Below are positions 29,638-39,413 of a DNA stretch of 64,000 bases, in pieces. A model generated the notes under the pieces. It ran no database searches. It worked only from the letters and a program-made list of their open reading frames with translations, and had not been told where the DNA came from. The position numbers were made by a program, and so were the translations under genes. Numbering within the stretch: the stretch's first letter is position 1; the number at the start of each line of letters is the position of its first letter. Source of the DNA: a virus (taxonomy: Duplodnaviria; Heunggongvirae; Uroviricota; Caudoviricetes); IMG/VR virus record IMGVR_UViG_3300044557_000292, positions 195,388 to 259,387 of that record, one strand, 5' to 3'.

Positions 29638-31224
29638 TCAGAGAACGCTCTCAAGAGACTCAATCTTCTCGGCAAGGTCGCTCTGCTCATGCTCAAGATC
29701 ATCTTTATGGGATAGCTTCTCCTCGACGGCAGCTCTCCTCGTCTTGGCCTCGTTCACCTGATCGTCAATATCAGACTTCTGGGCGCGGAGGGCGGTGATC
29801 TTGTCATCAATGTCAGATCGATCCTGCTTGAGACTAGCTATCTCCTTGTCAATCTCCTCGGCCTCCTCAACCGGTAGATCATTCAGCTCGGAGTCAACCT
29901 CATCCTTACGGGTCTTGAGCTCATCCAGCTTGTGGCGAGCCCTCTCAACCACCGATACGAGGTTGTCCACATCGTCCTCAAGATCAGCCTCATTAAGCAT
30001 GGACTCGACCTCGGAGTCATCTTCGTTAGCATACGGGTCGTCAGCGGGAGCCTCGGCGGCAGGCTCGTTGCTATCACCAGATTGAGCGCCTGATTCCTCA
30101 TCTGATTCATGATCAGATTCTGAATCATCATCCTGACCATAATCTTCAGACTGAGCATCCTCATCGGATTGACCGAGGAGGCTCAGATCAGGAACCTGTA
30201 ACGAGACTGGCTTCAGAACGTCATCAGAATCATCAGGTCTTGTCGGTTCTAGCGCTGGTTCCGGAGCAGATTCCTCCTCATCATCGGTGACAACAGCCTC
30301 ATCTTCAGGATTGACGCTTGGAAGGTCAATCATTGGAACGTTGTAATCCTTCTTGTCCTCAGTAGACACGTCTGGTTCTGACTCCTCATCCCCATCATAT
30401 GAATCAAACGTCAAGCCTTCCTTAGAAATGCCATCGGCCAGGATGGCGTCAGAACCATCTTCAAGATGATCGTCAACATACTTGCTGAGGGAGTCCTTAT
30501 GCTCAGCATCATTATGGGTCTCCTCGAAGCCAAGAGTGACCTTATCCCCAACAGTGCCATCATCATTGAGGACAGCGTACTCTATTGACCCGTTCTTTGC
30601 CAGTAGAATGGAAGATTCCAAGATCTTACTGATGAGGAATCCGCTGGAGAATCCCAGTAGTGATTTGATGTCCTTTGAAGTGGATGTGGCGAGCCTGACG
30701 AAGTTCTGCTCATCGCTAGCTGGTATGAAGTCATTGAGCAGTCGAACGGTTACCTTGGAATAATCGTCAATACCAAGCTGCGCGTGGTCGGCGTTAAGAT
30801 CCTTGAGCTCTTCGTTCACCGAGTACTCAACGTCATCAAGGGACACTGGCTCGATGACCGCGATCTTCTCATCGTTCCTAACCGGCTCATTGGTTCCGCT
30901 CACATTGCTGAACCCGTACCTGGCAAGATCAGCGAGGACGGAGATGACGTAATTCTCCTTCCAGTCCGTGAGTAGCTCGGGGTTATCAGCAAGCTTGATG
31001 TTCAGTGCACCCTGATCTGTGGACGTCTGTGCGACCTCGTGGTCAAGACTGAACCCAGCCCTCACCGTAGATTTGAACTTGTTAACCGTGTTATATGCTC
31101 CGGTGATCGCGCCGTCCTCGAAGAGCACGACCACATCACCCTGAGCCGTATTGTTACCATTGAAGAGGATGTGATTGTAATCTTGTCTAGATTGCAATTC
31201 CTTCTTGATGGAATCGAATGCCAT
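29638..31224 (-). CDS. Hypothetical protein: globular N-domain, acidic linker, C-terminal coiled coil
   Basis: 528 aa with D/E-rich centre and heptad-patterned C-terminus; AGGAG RBS. Confidence 0.7.
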   Translation of the reverse strand: MAFDSIKKELQSRQDYNHILFNGNNTAQGDVVVLFEDGAITGAYNTVNKFKSTVRAGFSLDHEVAQTSTDQGALNIKLADNPELLTDWKENYVISVLADLARYGFSNVSGTNEPVRNDEKIAVIEPVSLDDVEYSVNEELKDLNADHAQLGIDDYSKVTVRLLNDFIPASDEQNFVRLATSTSKDIKSLLGFSSGFLISKILESSILLAKNGSIEYAVLNDDGTVGDKVTLGFEETHNDAEHKDSLSKYVDDHLEDGSDAILADGISKEGLTFDSYDGDEESEPDVSTEDKKDYNVPMIDLPSVNPEDEAVVTDDEEESAPEPALEPTRPDDSDDVLKPVSLQVPDLSLLGQSDEDAQSEDYGQDDDSESDHESDEESGAQSGDSNEPAAEAPADDPYANEDDSEVESMLNEADLEDDVDNLVSVVERARHKLDELKTRKDEVDSELNDLPVEEAEEIDKEIASLKQDRSDIDDKITALRAQKSDIDDQVNEAKTRRAAVEEKLSHKDDLEHEQSDLAEKIESLESVL

Positions 31225-31346
31225 TATTATCTCCTTTTATGACCTAAGTCCAATGTGGTCATGGTTTGTTACGCATGAAAGATATCAAGATGACCGTTTC
31301 TCAATCCATTATGATATCCATGAGCGATCTTATGATCAATTATGAA

Positions 31347-32264
31347 TCAGATTAGGCTTCCGCCGCTTCCGCCTAGAGCACCGAAGATGGATACGAGGGA
31401 TGGACCCACAGCCACGACCATAAGAGCGCCAACCATGGTGGGCATGAGCATAGCCATGATCTTTGATTCCAAGGATGCAATCTTGTTGTCAATGAGGGCG
31501 ATGTACTCCTGACGAGATGTTTTAGCCCTCCTGAGCAGTGCTTGTGTGATGTCAGTTCCAGTTGTCTTCGATTGGATCACGATGTTCACGAAGGCCTCAA
31601 TATCAGGAGATGGGGCCCTCTCTGCCATATCGGTGAGCGCGTCAACAATGCCACGCTTGGCCTCAAGATCGTCACAGACCCTCTGGAATTCCTGCTTGAC
31701 GATGCCCTCACGGAGGAGTGGGGTCACGCTTGGCATGGCTGCCTCAATCGAGTTCATGACCGATGTGGAATCAACGAGGAGTTCGAGGGCGTCGGGAAGT
31801 TCCCTACGGAATGCGATCGTGCGCTCCTTCTCCTTTTTGGACAGGGTGTGATCAGGATAAATGTATCCTACCGCTCCGAATGCGAGGATGAATACCGGGG
31901 CGGGTACTGGAATATAATCTTTTGCCGCGAAGTATGCGAAGACTCCGAGTAGGATCCCGGCCACGCAAGCTCCAATCTTGAGTACAAGGAACTCGGTCAC
32001 CGTCACTCCCCAGGGGTTCCCGGCCCGCCGCAGCCGAGCGCTGATCGAGCCCTCCTTCACGCGGTTCGTCTTGACGACCCGCTCTGGGATGATCTTAACA
32101 GTCTCCTGCCCTAGTAGGGCAAGGTACTTCGTCATGCCCTTCGATTTCTCGAGCGTGGAGAATTTGGCGTCTATCGAAGACTTCCTCACGGTGAACGCAT
32201 AACCGATGAGAACGATCATGATGAACACGAGGAGTGCTATCAGTTTCGGCGTAAAAATATCCAT
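31347..32264 (-). CDS. tadC: TadC-like type II secretion system F-family pilus assembly protein
   Basis: RLRRAGNP...EF...K, two TMs, P...L, FRRELPDALELLV, IQS..TG..I..AL, and a C-terminal TM. Confidence 0.85.
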   Translation of the reverse strand: MDIFTPKLIALLVFIMIVLIGYAFTVRKSSIDAKFSTLEKSKGMTKYLALLGQETVKIIPERVVKTNRVKEGSISARLRRAGNPWGVTVTEFLVLKIGACVAGILLGVFAYFAAKDYIPVPAPVFILAFGAVGYIYPDHTLSKKEKERTIAFRRELPDALELLVDSTSVMNSIEAAMPSVTPLLREGIVKQEFQRVCDDLEAKRGIVDALTDMAERAPSPDIEAFVNIVIQSKTTGTDITQALLRRAKTSRQEYIALIDNKIASLESKIMAMLMPTMVGALMVVAVGPSLVSIFGALGGSGGSLI

Positions 32265-32440
32265 GACAATAGGATATCAGGATGGTGAATACTAGTTATA
32301 TGATGCGTCTGGTGTGGTATCTCCAACACCCTGAGTGCATCTAACGCTTGTACCGATGCGAACGATCATGATGACCACGAGGAGTGCTATCAGCGTTGTA
32401 GTAAGAATATCTATGACAATAAGATATTAGGATGTGGAAT
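32202..32440 (-). repeat. Degenerate tandem duplication (~90 bp) of the tadC 5' end and promoter
   Basis: 32202-32290 vs 32352-32440 share ACCGATG.GAACGATCATGATGA.CACGAGGAGTGCTATCAG...AATATC.ATGACAATA.GATAT. The start codon of the copy is ATA. Confidence 0.85.
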
Positions 32441-32590
32441 AATTCGTCACTTTAATGAAGATATTCATCAAATTAGATTTTTATTTAGTATTCTTATTAA
32501 TTATATGAATAGGTAGATTGGTTGCCATATTTTGTATTAAACCAACAACGATCTGAGGTGTCAGCATGAGTAACTCCAGCATGTCTAGAG

Positions 32591-32773
32591 CTAAGTTCTT
32601 CTCCCCCCAAGAGCTATACAATTAGACAAATTAGCGCTTGTCTTACCGGCAGACGTAGTGACCATCCCGAATACGGTGAGTCCAAAGATGACGAAGACAA
32701 CAATACCGACGATGATCTCAACGGTCTCAGCACCCTCTTCAGATTGAATCTTATCAGCGTAAAATTCCTTCAT
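32591..32773 (-). CDS. Flp-type pilin, short paralog (C-terminally truncated)
   Basis: MKEFYADKIQSEEG|AETVE followed by a hydrophobic helix; same RBS as the 33180 pilin; only one Cys. Confidence 0.65.
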   Translation of the reverse strand: MKEFYADKIQSEEGAETVEIIVGIVVFVIFGLTVFGMVTTSAGKTSANLSNCIALGGRRT

Positions 32774-32838
32774 TAGGAACCTCCTGGACATAAAAGATGA
32801 TTATATGATATCTGGAGTGATCGTACTGAGGATAAAAA

Positions 32839-32868
32839 ACGGGGCAATCACTAATGTGGTTGCCCCGT
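32839..32868 (-). terminator. Intrinsic terminator after the major pilin
   Basis: ACGGGGCAATCAC-taat-GTGGTTGCCCCGT followed by a T-run on the minus strand. Confidence 0.8.
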
Positions 32869-32904
32869 GAATTCTAGAATAAGTCAATATTCTAGAATGT
32901 TAAA

Positions 32905-33180
32905 TCACTTGCCACTATTGTTATACTGGTAGGTTTGGCCCTTAGAAGCGTCGTGGCTCAAGCAGGTAGTAGAAGTATCAGCACTAGTAGTATTTTTGTT
33001 TATGATGCTTCCTGAATCAGCGAAGCAGTTAGAAATGTCGGCAGCCTTAGTACCAGCAGCCTTAGTGATCATCCCGAATACGGTCAGGCCGAAGATGACG
33101 AAGACTACGATACCGATGATGATCTCAACGGTCTCAGCGCCCTCTTCAGACTGAATCTTATCAGCGTAAAATTCCTTCAT
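32905..33180 (-). CDS. Flp-type (type IVb/c) pilin, likely major pilin
   Basis: Class III signal G|AETVE (Glu+5), hydrophobic helix and two Cys. Has its own promoter motif, GGAGG RBS and terminator. Confidence 0.8.
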   Translation of the reverse strand: MKEFYADKIQSEEGAETVEIIIGIVVFVIFGLTVFGMITKAAGTKAADISNCFADSGSIINKNTTSADTSTTCLSHDASKGQTYQYNNSGK

Positions 33181-33386
33181 TAGGAACCTCCATAATCATG
33201 CGCGTTACTTTTTATTTTCCCCGGGGAACGCGCACGAGGCACGTTCCCACCGTAACATAAGATATCAATGGGCTCAATGTGTCTCACGTTATTATCATTA
33301 TTTGCGAAAAAACATCACATATGTTTGGATCTTGTAAATGATAAAATACGAATAATAAAGAAGACAAATGGAAATATCATTGTGCT

Positions 33387-34307
33387 TCATTGATTCTTCA
33401 ACAAGATTTCTGATTCTATTGAGAATCTTTCACGATCTTTTCTAGCCATGACGTCGAGTATGAGCCCGGTGAAGAAGCAGATGAACCCGAGTGCGATCAT
33501 CATGACTGATCCTATTAGAGTGGGGAATCTGAGAACAAGACCAGTATGCCAGTAATCAATAAAAACAATTAGTGAAAGCAATACGCCGATCAGTCCTATC
33601 ATCAGACCAGATCCGCAGAAGAACGGTATTGGGCGATGCTCGTAGAAGAGTCTTAGAATGAGTCTTAGGACTCTGAAACCGTCTCGTATCGTATTAAGCT
33701 TGCTGACAGACCCTTCAGGTCTATTCCTATAATCTACAGGAGTCTCCCTCACCAGTAATTTCTTATCAAGAGCGTGTATCGTCATTTCCGTTTCGATCTC
33801 GAACCCGTCTGACAGTACTGCGTAGGTCTTAGCGAACCGCTTGTTGAAGACACGATACCCGCTCATCACGTCTTTCATGTGAGCATGGAACGCCCAGTTG
33901 ATTGATCCCCTCACGATCCTGTTGCCAATGTTATGGAATAGCCTCTTGTTCTCGGTGAAGTAGGTTGAGGATAATCGATCTCCTACAACAAGATCATATC
34001 CATCATCAAGTTCATCAATCATCTCATGCACTGATTCCGCTGGGTACGTGTCATCGCCGTCAACAAGCACGTACTTGTCATAATCATTATCCCTCAGCGC
34101 CGATCTCAGAACATTGCCTTTACCACGATTGTGAACTTTTCTTACAATGGCCCCCGCCCTCATAGCTTCATGCGCTGTTTCATCAGTGGAATCGTTATCA
34201 TACACGATCACATCAGATTCAGGAACTTCTCTTTTGAAATCAGATACCACCTTGAAGATAGTCTTCTCCTCATTAAAACAGGGTATAATGACTATGATGT
34301 TATTCAT
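33387..34307 (-). CDS. GT2 glycosyltransferase, GtrB/polyprenol-phosphate glycosyltransferase-like
   Basis: IIPCFNEE, YDNDSTDET, RGKG, VDGDDTYP, DVMSGYR, FEIETE, and two C-terminal TMs. Confidence 0.93.
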   Translation of the reverse strand: MNNIIVIIPCFNEEKTIFKVVSDFKREVPESDVIVYDNDSTDETAHEAMRAGAIVRKVHNRGKGNVLRSALRDNDYDKYVLVDGDDTYPAESVHEMIDELDDGYDLVVGDRLSSTYFTENKRLFHNIGNRIVRGSINWAFHAHMKDVMSGYRVFNKRFAKTYAVLSDGFEIETEMTIHALDKKLLVRETPVDYRNRPEGSVSKLNTIRDGFRVLRLILRLFYEHRPIPFFCGSGLMIGLIGVLLSLIVFIDYWHTGLVLRFPTLIGSVMMIALGFICFFTGLILDVMARKDRERFSIESEILLKNQ

Positions 34308-35779
34308 ACTTCAAATCCTTTTATATCTATTTTAGGATCATTAGTGATCTTCTTGCTAAAATGATTATTCTGAATCCTGGAATGCAAAGTCCACGCAATA
34401 ATGATTGGAATCACCCAATAGAGCTCTAGTGAATACCTGTATGTAGATATCGGGGAGAATGCAAGCAAGCTAATCATGATGTACACAGCCGGTAAGAATA
34501 TTACAATCCAATCTTTCCTTCTTTTAGATAGTATAAAGCATATTATTAACGTCCGTAGCGGAAGAGCATTGTTAAAGAATACTAGAGTAAATAAATCTGA
34601 TATAATTGGAATATGATCATACACGGCCCAGTCATAGAATCCTGAGAGCCATTCAGTCCTGTTGTTCTGTGATCCTAGCGCAATGATCTTTTCTACATCT
34701 GTTCCACTATAACAGGCGTAACCATCTTGAAGACAAGCCGTTTTAGATCTACCCGATGTTTCTTGGAATTCATTGAAATCGTCATTAATATCATTAATTC
34801 TAATCTCATTCTTATGAGATACTGTAACTTGCCAGTACGGGTACATGAGATTCCACCAAGCTTTAACGTATAGACCAGGATTCTTCAATCCGGTATTCCA
34901 CCACGCTTTCATGAATCCAGTAGAATCAGTGATGCCTTTTTTTAAAGGATCAGCATCTGTTTCAAGATACTCAGTTTTCCATTTCTCCAAAGACCTGACT
35001 TTCTCGAATTCGCGCTTATCATTTTCAGATATCGGACCATTTTCATGAGCGACTAATCCTACTTGTTGCGCTGGTACTGATAAAAGTTCTTGTACTGGAG
35101 ATGGAATTACTCCAAGCATGGAGAAGAATAAGCTGATTAGTGAACTTATTAGAAGAGGTATTATAGCTATAATACTTGATCGTATGATTTTTTTTGATGT
35201 TACTATGAGTATGATTCCGATGATTATTGGAATGAGAATAGCATTCTTACGAAATTGAATGAGGAAAAATGTGGTTATGATTATCATAAAAATCCATTTT
35301 CTAGATGATAATAATGAATGATCCTTAGCATACTCAATCATGAGAATAGAAAGCATCATCATGAGGAGGGCGAATAGGGTATCAGTTTGCCACATTAGTC
35401 CGTACATAATGAAGCATGGCGATAAACCATAGATTAAAGCTAATATAATGGAAGCTCGATTATTAATAATCTCAAGTCTTCTTAACGTGAGTATTGAATA
35501 CATGACCATTAGTATTTGAGCAGCAATTTGTAATAGTCCGTATACGCCTATGGTCCCAGTTGAAAACATAATCCCTCTGGACAGATAGGCCCATAATAAA
35601 CTATGCCATTCAACCGGAGATGAGGAACCCGCACTTGCTATCTCGATAAGATGATCGTATTGAATGAATCCTGGCCAGAAAATTGCAAGACAAACTAATT
35701 GAGGAAGACCAACAATCAGCAGGATTTTATATTTAAGGTCAAGCCCCTGAATCTTCTTCAATGAACGCGATATACTCAT
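34304..35779 (-). CDS. Multi-TM membrane protein, putative GT-C glycosyltransferase (DUF6020-like)
   Basis: FWPG..QYD...WHS in the first loop, many TMs, FRKNA, a large extracellular loop and a C-terminal YRY motif; AT-rich. Confidence 0.7.
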   Translation of the reverse strand: MSISRSLKKIQGLDLKYKILLIVGLPQLVCLAIFWPGFIQYDHLIEIASAGSSSPVEWHSLLWAYLSRGIMFSTGTIGVYGLLQIAAQILMVMYSILTLRRLEIINNRASIILALIYGLSPCFIMYGLMWQTDTLFALLMMMLSILMIEYAKDHSLLSSRKWIFMIIITTFFLIQFRKNAILIPIIIGIILIVTSKKIIRSSIIAIIPLLISSLISLFFSMLGVIPSPVQELLSVPAQQVGLVAHENGPISENDKREFEKVRSLEKWKTEYLETDADPLKKGITDSTGFMKAWWNTGLKNPGLYVKAWWNLMYPYWQVTVSHKNEIRINDINDDFNEFQETSGRSKTACLQDGYACYSGTDVEKIIALGSQNNRTEWLSGFYDWAVYDHIPIISDLFTLVFFNNALPLRTLIICFILSKRRKDWIVIFLPAVYIMISLLAFSPISTYRYSLELYWVIPIIIAWTLHSRIQNNHFSKKITNDPKIDIKGFEV

Positions 35780-35784
35780 TAGGA

Positions 35785-37254
35785 TTAATTATCCTTTCTA
35801 GTAGATGATATTAGATAAATTATCCATGCTGTAATAACAGGTATGCACCACATAAGTTCAAGAGCATATCTTAATAATCCCATCGGAGAGAATAGAAATA
35901 GTGATAATAATATGTAAAGAAATGGCATTATAATAATAAGGAAGTTAGTCTTGTTTCTCTTCCATATTGATGTAATGAATGCAAGAATCATGACCCAAAA
36001 CGGTATAGATCCGTTGAAGAAAATTAACCTCATAGTTCTTGATTTGGCAATATGATTCATGATTGATGATAATTTGTTTTGTCCAGAAGTAGGTTTATCT
36101 CCTATAATGCGATTAGTATCATTTGCCGTATAGTACTTTACACCTAATAAGCATACAATCCAATTATTTTCAGGAAAGAAATCAAATGCAATATGATTAT
36201 TGTAAATATTCCCATGATCAACGTCTTTCAGGTTAACATTTGAATCAATAGGAGGAATAATATAACTTTTAACTATAGACCACCAGGCCGCGAATGAGGC
36301 TTTAGGACTTTCAATTAAGATTTTCATCCATATTAATAATAGTTCTTTATTAGAGTATTTTTGACTTGCCATAATGACCTTAGGCTGATCAGCGTTTCCA
36401 GGAATATATGACTTTCCCCATTGGCCTAATGAGATTTTGTTTCTAGTGATAAGATCCTTTACATCATTAGGAACAGTTTGATAATGAGCTGATGCAGCAG
36501 TCGTTATCGCGGGAATTGCAATCGCTTCTTGCTGCGTTGGTATCTTCATAGTATATAAGCTGTAAGCAAGTGTTGAAGATGTAAATACTAACATTGGTAT
36601 GATTGTTATCAGAATTATTCTCTTCAAGTATGATTTCTTATATAAGAGAATAAGTGATAACCCAACTATAATGGGTATGATAATAGCGTTCTTTCTCAAA
36701 AGAACACACATGATCGTTGAGGTGACAATGATCATGATCCATTTGTTGTTAGCGATAAGTGATTTGTTTTTTGTTACTACAATAAGGCATGTTGTCAATA
36801 GCATCATGAATACGGCAAAGATGACATCAGATGACCATAGCAATCCGTATGCAAGATATAATGGAGATAATCCGTATACGATGGATAAGATTATTGATCC
36901 TCTTGTACTGATGATTCCATTCAATTTCAACATTCTTATTGATAAGATAGAACAAATGGTTATGATCGCTATTTGAATGAGTCCATATGCCCATGGCATG
37001 CTCATCTTGGAGAATGGGTACATGACGTATTGCAGAGTAAGTGATCTCCATAGTGTAGGCTCGCCATTGTCTATTCCGATGAGACCTATAAGATCATCAA
37101 ATTGGAGGATACCAGGCCAGAAGATGATGAGTGCAATGATCTGCGGTACGAGAACGATGAGCACGATGATCCAGCTCATCGTCCTACTAGACATCTTGTT
37201 AGAATTAGAATGTGATTGAGTACTCGTTAGCATACTCGCTTTCATAGCATTCAT
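35785..37254 (-). CDS. Multi-TM membrane protein, putative GT-C glycosyltransferase (DUF6020-like), tandem paralog
   Basis: FWPGILQFDD, LRKNA and LRY motifs aligned with the neighbouring ORF; AT-rich. Confidence 0.7.
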   Translation of the reverse strand: MNAMKASMLTSTQSHSNSNKMSSRTMSWIIVLIVLVPQIIALIIFWPGILQFDDLIGLIGIDNGEPTLWRSLTLQYVMYPFSKMSMPWAYGLIQIAIITICSILSIRMLKLNGIISTRGSIILSIVYGLSPLYLAYGLLWSSDVIFAVFMMLLTTCLIVVTKNKSLIANNKWIMIIVTSTIMCVLLRKNAIIIPIIVGLSLILLYKKSYLKRIILITIIPMLVFTSSTLAYSLYTMKIPTQQEAIAIPAITTAASAHYQTVPNDVKDLITRNKISLGQWGKSYIPGNADQPKVIMASQKYSNKELLLIWMKILIESPKASFAAWWSIVKSYIIPPIDSNVNLKDVDHGNIYNNHIAFDFFPENNWIVCLLGVKYYTANDTNRIIGDKPTSGQNKLSSIMNHIAKSRTMRLIFFNGSIPFWVMILAFITSIWKRNKTNFLIIIMPFLYILLSLFLFSPMGLLRYALELMWCIPVITAWIIYLISSTRKDN

Positions 37255-39290
37255 ACGATCTCCTCAAAGACCCTGTCAAGATAATCGGGATCGTCCTCTG
37301 CCTTCATCTTCTTGAGATTCCTTGCCTTGCTGATGAATGAGTCCATGACCTTCACGTCAACCGTGTCAAGGATCACGGGGAACTCACAGAGCGAGTGCTT
37401 CCCCTCACGGTGACACCTGCCCATCTGTTGGACGCAGTCATTCGGATTCTGCCTGACGTCAGCCATGATCGTCACCCTGTCCGCAGATGTAGCCCTCGTG
37501 CCATCAGGGAGGATTTCCTCAGCGTGGAATGATACGGCCTCGGTCACCGTGCAGAGCACTACCTTCGCTTCACCTCTCTGGAACTTGAGCCTGTTCGCGA
37601 CCTTGTCCTCGACACGACCAGAGACCTCCGTCCACTTCACCCGTGCTGACGTGAGCGCCCTCTCGATCTCGTCTACCGTCTCCAGGAACTGGCATCCTAT
37701 GAACACCTGCTTACCATCATCAACCAGGTCTTCCGCGTGAGACGCTATCATTGGTGCTTTCAGGAGTGAGGCCTTCTGTCTGAACCTGAGATTCTCTATG
37801 AGGGCAGATTTGGGATCAGCCTGCCCACGATCCTTCAGCTTGAGGTACTCCCTGAACCTCGTCCACGCTTCATCATAAGCATCCCTACCCTCTGCATCGA
37901 GTTCAATGTAATAGGGCTCGACCTGTTGGATGGGCCATCCCTTCAGGTCAGATGGATCCCTCGCGAGGTAGGCATCAGATTGAGCCCACGCCCTGCCAAT
38001 GCGCTCAGTGTCCTCATTCTGTAGGTCAATTGTCTTCTGCTTGGCCTTCTGATACTTCGCACGCTCCTTGGGATCGTCTGACTTCGCGCCGTACCACGGT
38101 ACGCTGATCCAACTCCACGGGTGCTTACTGTCACTCCTGTCCACATGGAACTTGTGAGCATGGAGGAATTGTCCCCAATCTTTGGGATCAACATGCCCGC
38201 TCTTGGGATCAATGATTCCACCGAGGAGTGGAGCCATGATCGCAAGGTTGAGGGGAGTGCTCCCCGGTGTGGCCGTCGAGTACACGACGAACGGCTTCCC
38301 TCCCCTCTGGTACGGGTCATGGAGCACGGCTAGGTTGGCAGCCACAAGGCTCACGTTGCTAGACCCGTAATTCTTGAGGTAATGGCTCTCATCGAATACG
38401 ATCACATCAAAGTTGATCTTCGGAACTCCATCGCGGGCAAGATTCCTGCTAGCACGATGCTTCGCATTACGAGTGCCAGATCGCGTCTTAGCCCGCCTGG
38501 CGTTCTTTAATTCCTTCTTCATGCTCGTAGGTTCTTTTAAAAGCTTCTGGAGTTGCTGATAGTTCAAGATCATTGGTCGAAGCATGACGCTGTCCGCATA
38601 TGCTCTCAGCGTCTGCCTCCATACTGGCATAGCCCCCTTCGGGCATGAGACGAGGACTTTAAGCCTCTTCTCTGGTGAGGCCTTCCTCATCTTGGCTATC
38701 TCGCATATCCCCGCAACGATACTCAGAGTCTTTCCAAGGCCTGTGGAGTCAGCTATGAGGAATCCCGGTCTGTTATTCTTGTATGCCTTGCTGATGGCAG
38801 ATGCGGCCTCGGCCTGATGGGGCCGCGGTGTGAACATGGTCGGCCCGAGGGGGACGGGACGTATCCTCCCATTCATCTGGTCTTCTATCCACCGCGTGTA
38901 CGAGTAATCCTCCGACCTCCACGCCCTCAGCCTTGCTGGCAGGTCATCTCCCTCATAATAGTTGATCTTCAGCTTGGGGTCATATTTAGCGCCCGCGTTA
39001 CGAGCCTCGTACCGGGCGTCGAATGGGACCTCTAGGATCGTTCTTGGTTTAACAGTATTAATACTATCGGTATTATCTTTACTGACTCTCTTCTTAGTGC
39101 TATTGGTCTTCGTTGAACATGATTGTGGTGCCGATCCACTACTTGACTTGTGTACACTTGTTGACATTCTGTGCACTACATGCGGCCGAGCAGATTCCAT
39201 GCTATGAAGTCTTGCTTCAGATCCGTCAACCAGAGTGCCGGGAATCCTCCTCTTCATGGCGTCATATGCTTTATCGGAGATTCTTGTCAT
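37251..39290 (-). CDS. SNF2-like (SF2) helicase with DUF5710-like N-terminal module
   Basis: LEVPFDARYEARNAGAKYDP, RPHQ, ADSTGLGKT, FDESH, STATPG, QQMGRCHR. Confidence 0.85.
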   Translation of the reverse strand: MTRISDKAYDAMKRRIPGTLVDGSEARLHSMESARPHVVHRMSTSVHKSSSGSAPQSCSTKTNSTKKRVSKDNTDSINTVKPRTILEVPFDARYEARNAGAKYDPKLKINYYEGDDLPARLRAWRSEDYSYTRWIEDQMNGRIRPVPLGPTMFTPRPHQAEAASAISKAYKNNRPGFLIADSTGLGKTLSIVAGICEIAKMRKASPEKRLKVLVSCPKGAMPVWRQTLRAYADSVMLRPMILNYQQLQKLLKEPTSMKKELKNARRAKTRSGTRNAKHRASRNLARDGVPKINFDVIVFDESHYLKNYGSSNVSLVAANLAVLHDPYQRGGKPFVVYSTATPGSTPLNLAIMAPLLGGIIDPKSGHVDPKDWGQFLHAHKFHVDRSDSKHPWSWISVPWYGAKSDDPKERAKYQKAKQKTIDLQNEDTERIGRAWAQSDAYLARDPSDLKGWPIQQVEPYYIELDAEGRDAYDEAWTRFREYLKLKDRGQADPKSALIENLRFRQKASLLKAPMIASHAEDLVDDGKQVFIGCQFLETVDEIERALTSARVKWTEVSGRVEDKVANRLKFQRGEAKVVLCTVTEAVSFHAEEILPDGTRATSADRVTIMADVRQNPNDCVQQMGRCHREGKHSLCEFPVILDTVDVKVMDSFISKARNLKKMKAEDDPDYLDRVFEEIV

Positions 39291-39413
39291 GAGGATGAGA
39301 TATCAGTAGGACGGGCGTCTTATAACCGTTGGTTCGAATCGGTAAGGTTTTCCTACCAGTTCAGATTTTTAATAGAAGTTATTCAATCTGATTAGAGGTA
39401 TAATGTTTTTATT

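Noticed and set aside
32286-32296. GTGAATACTAG near the tadC promoter as a target for the omega-RNA-like guide GTGAATAATAG
   Set aside because: 10 of 11 bases only and no identifiable TAM; not significant.
32305-32350. Possible fourth copy of the 93-bp element (CAACACCCTGA...GCATCTAACGC)
   Set aside because: Only two short fragments resemble it; the core and right arm are missing.
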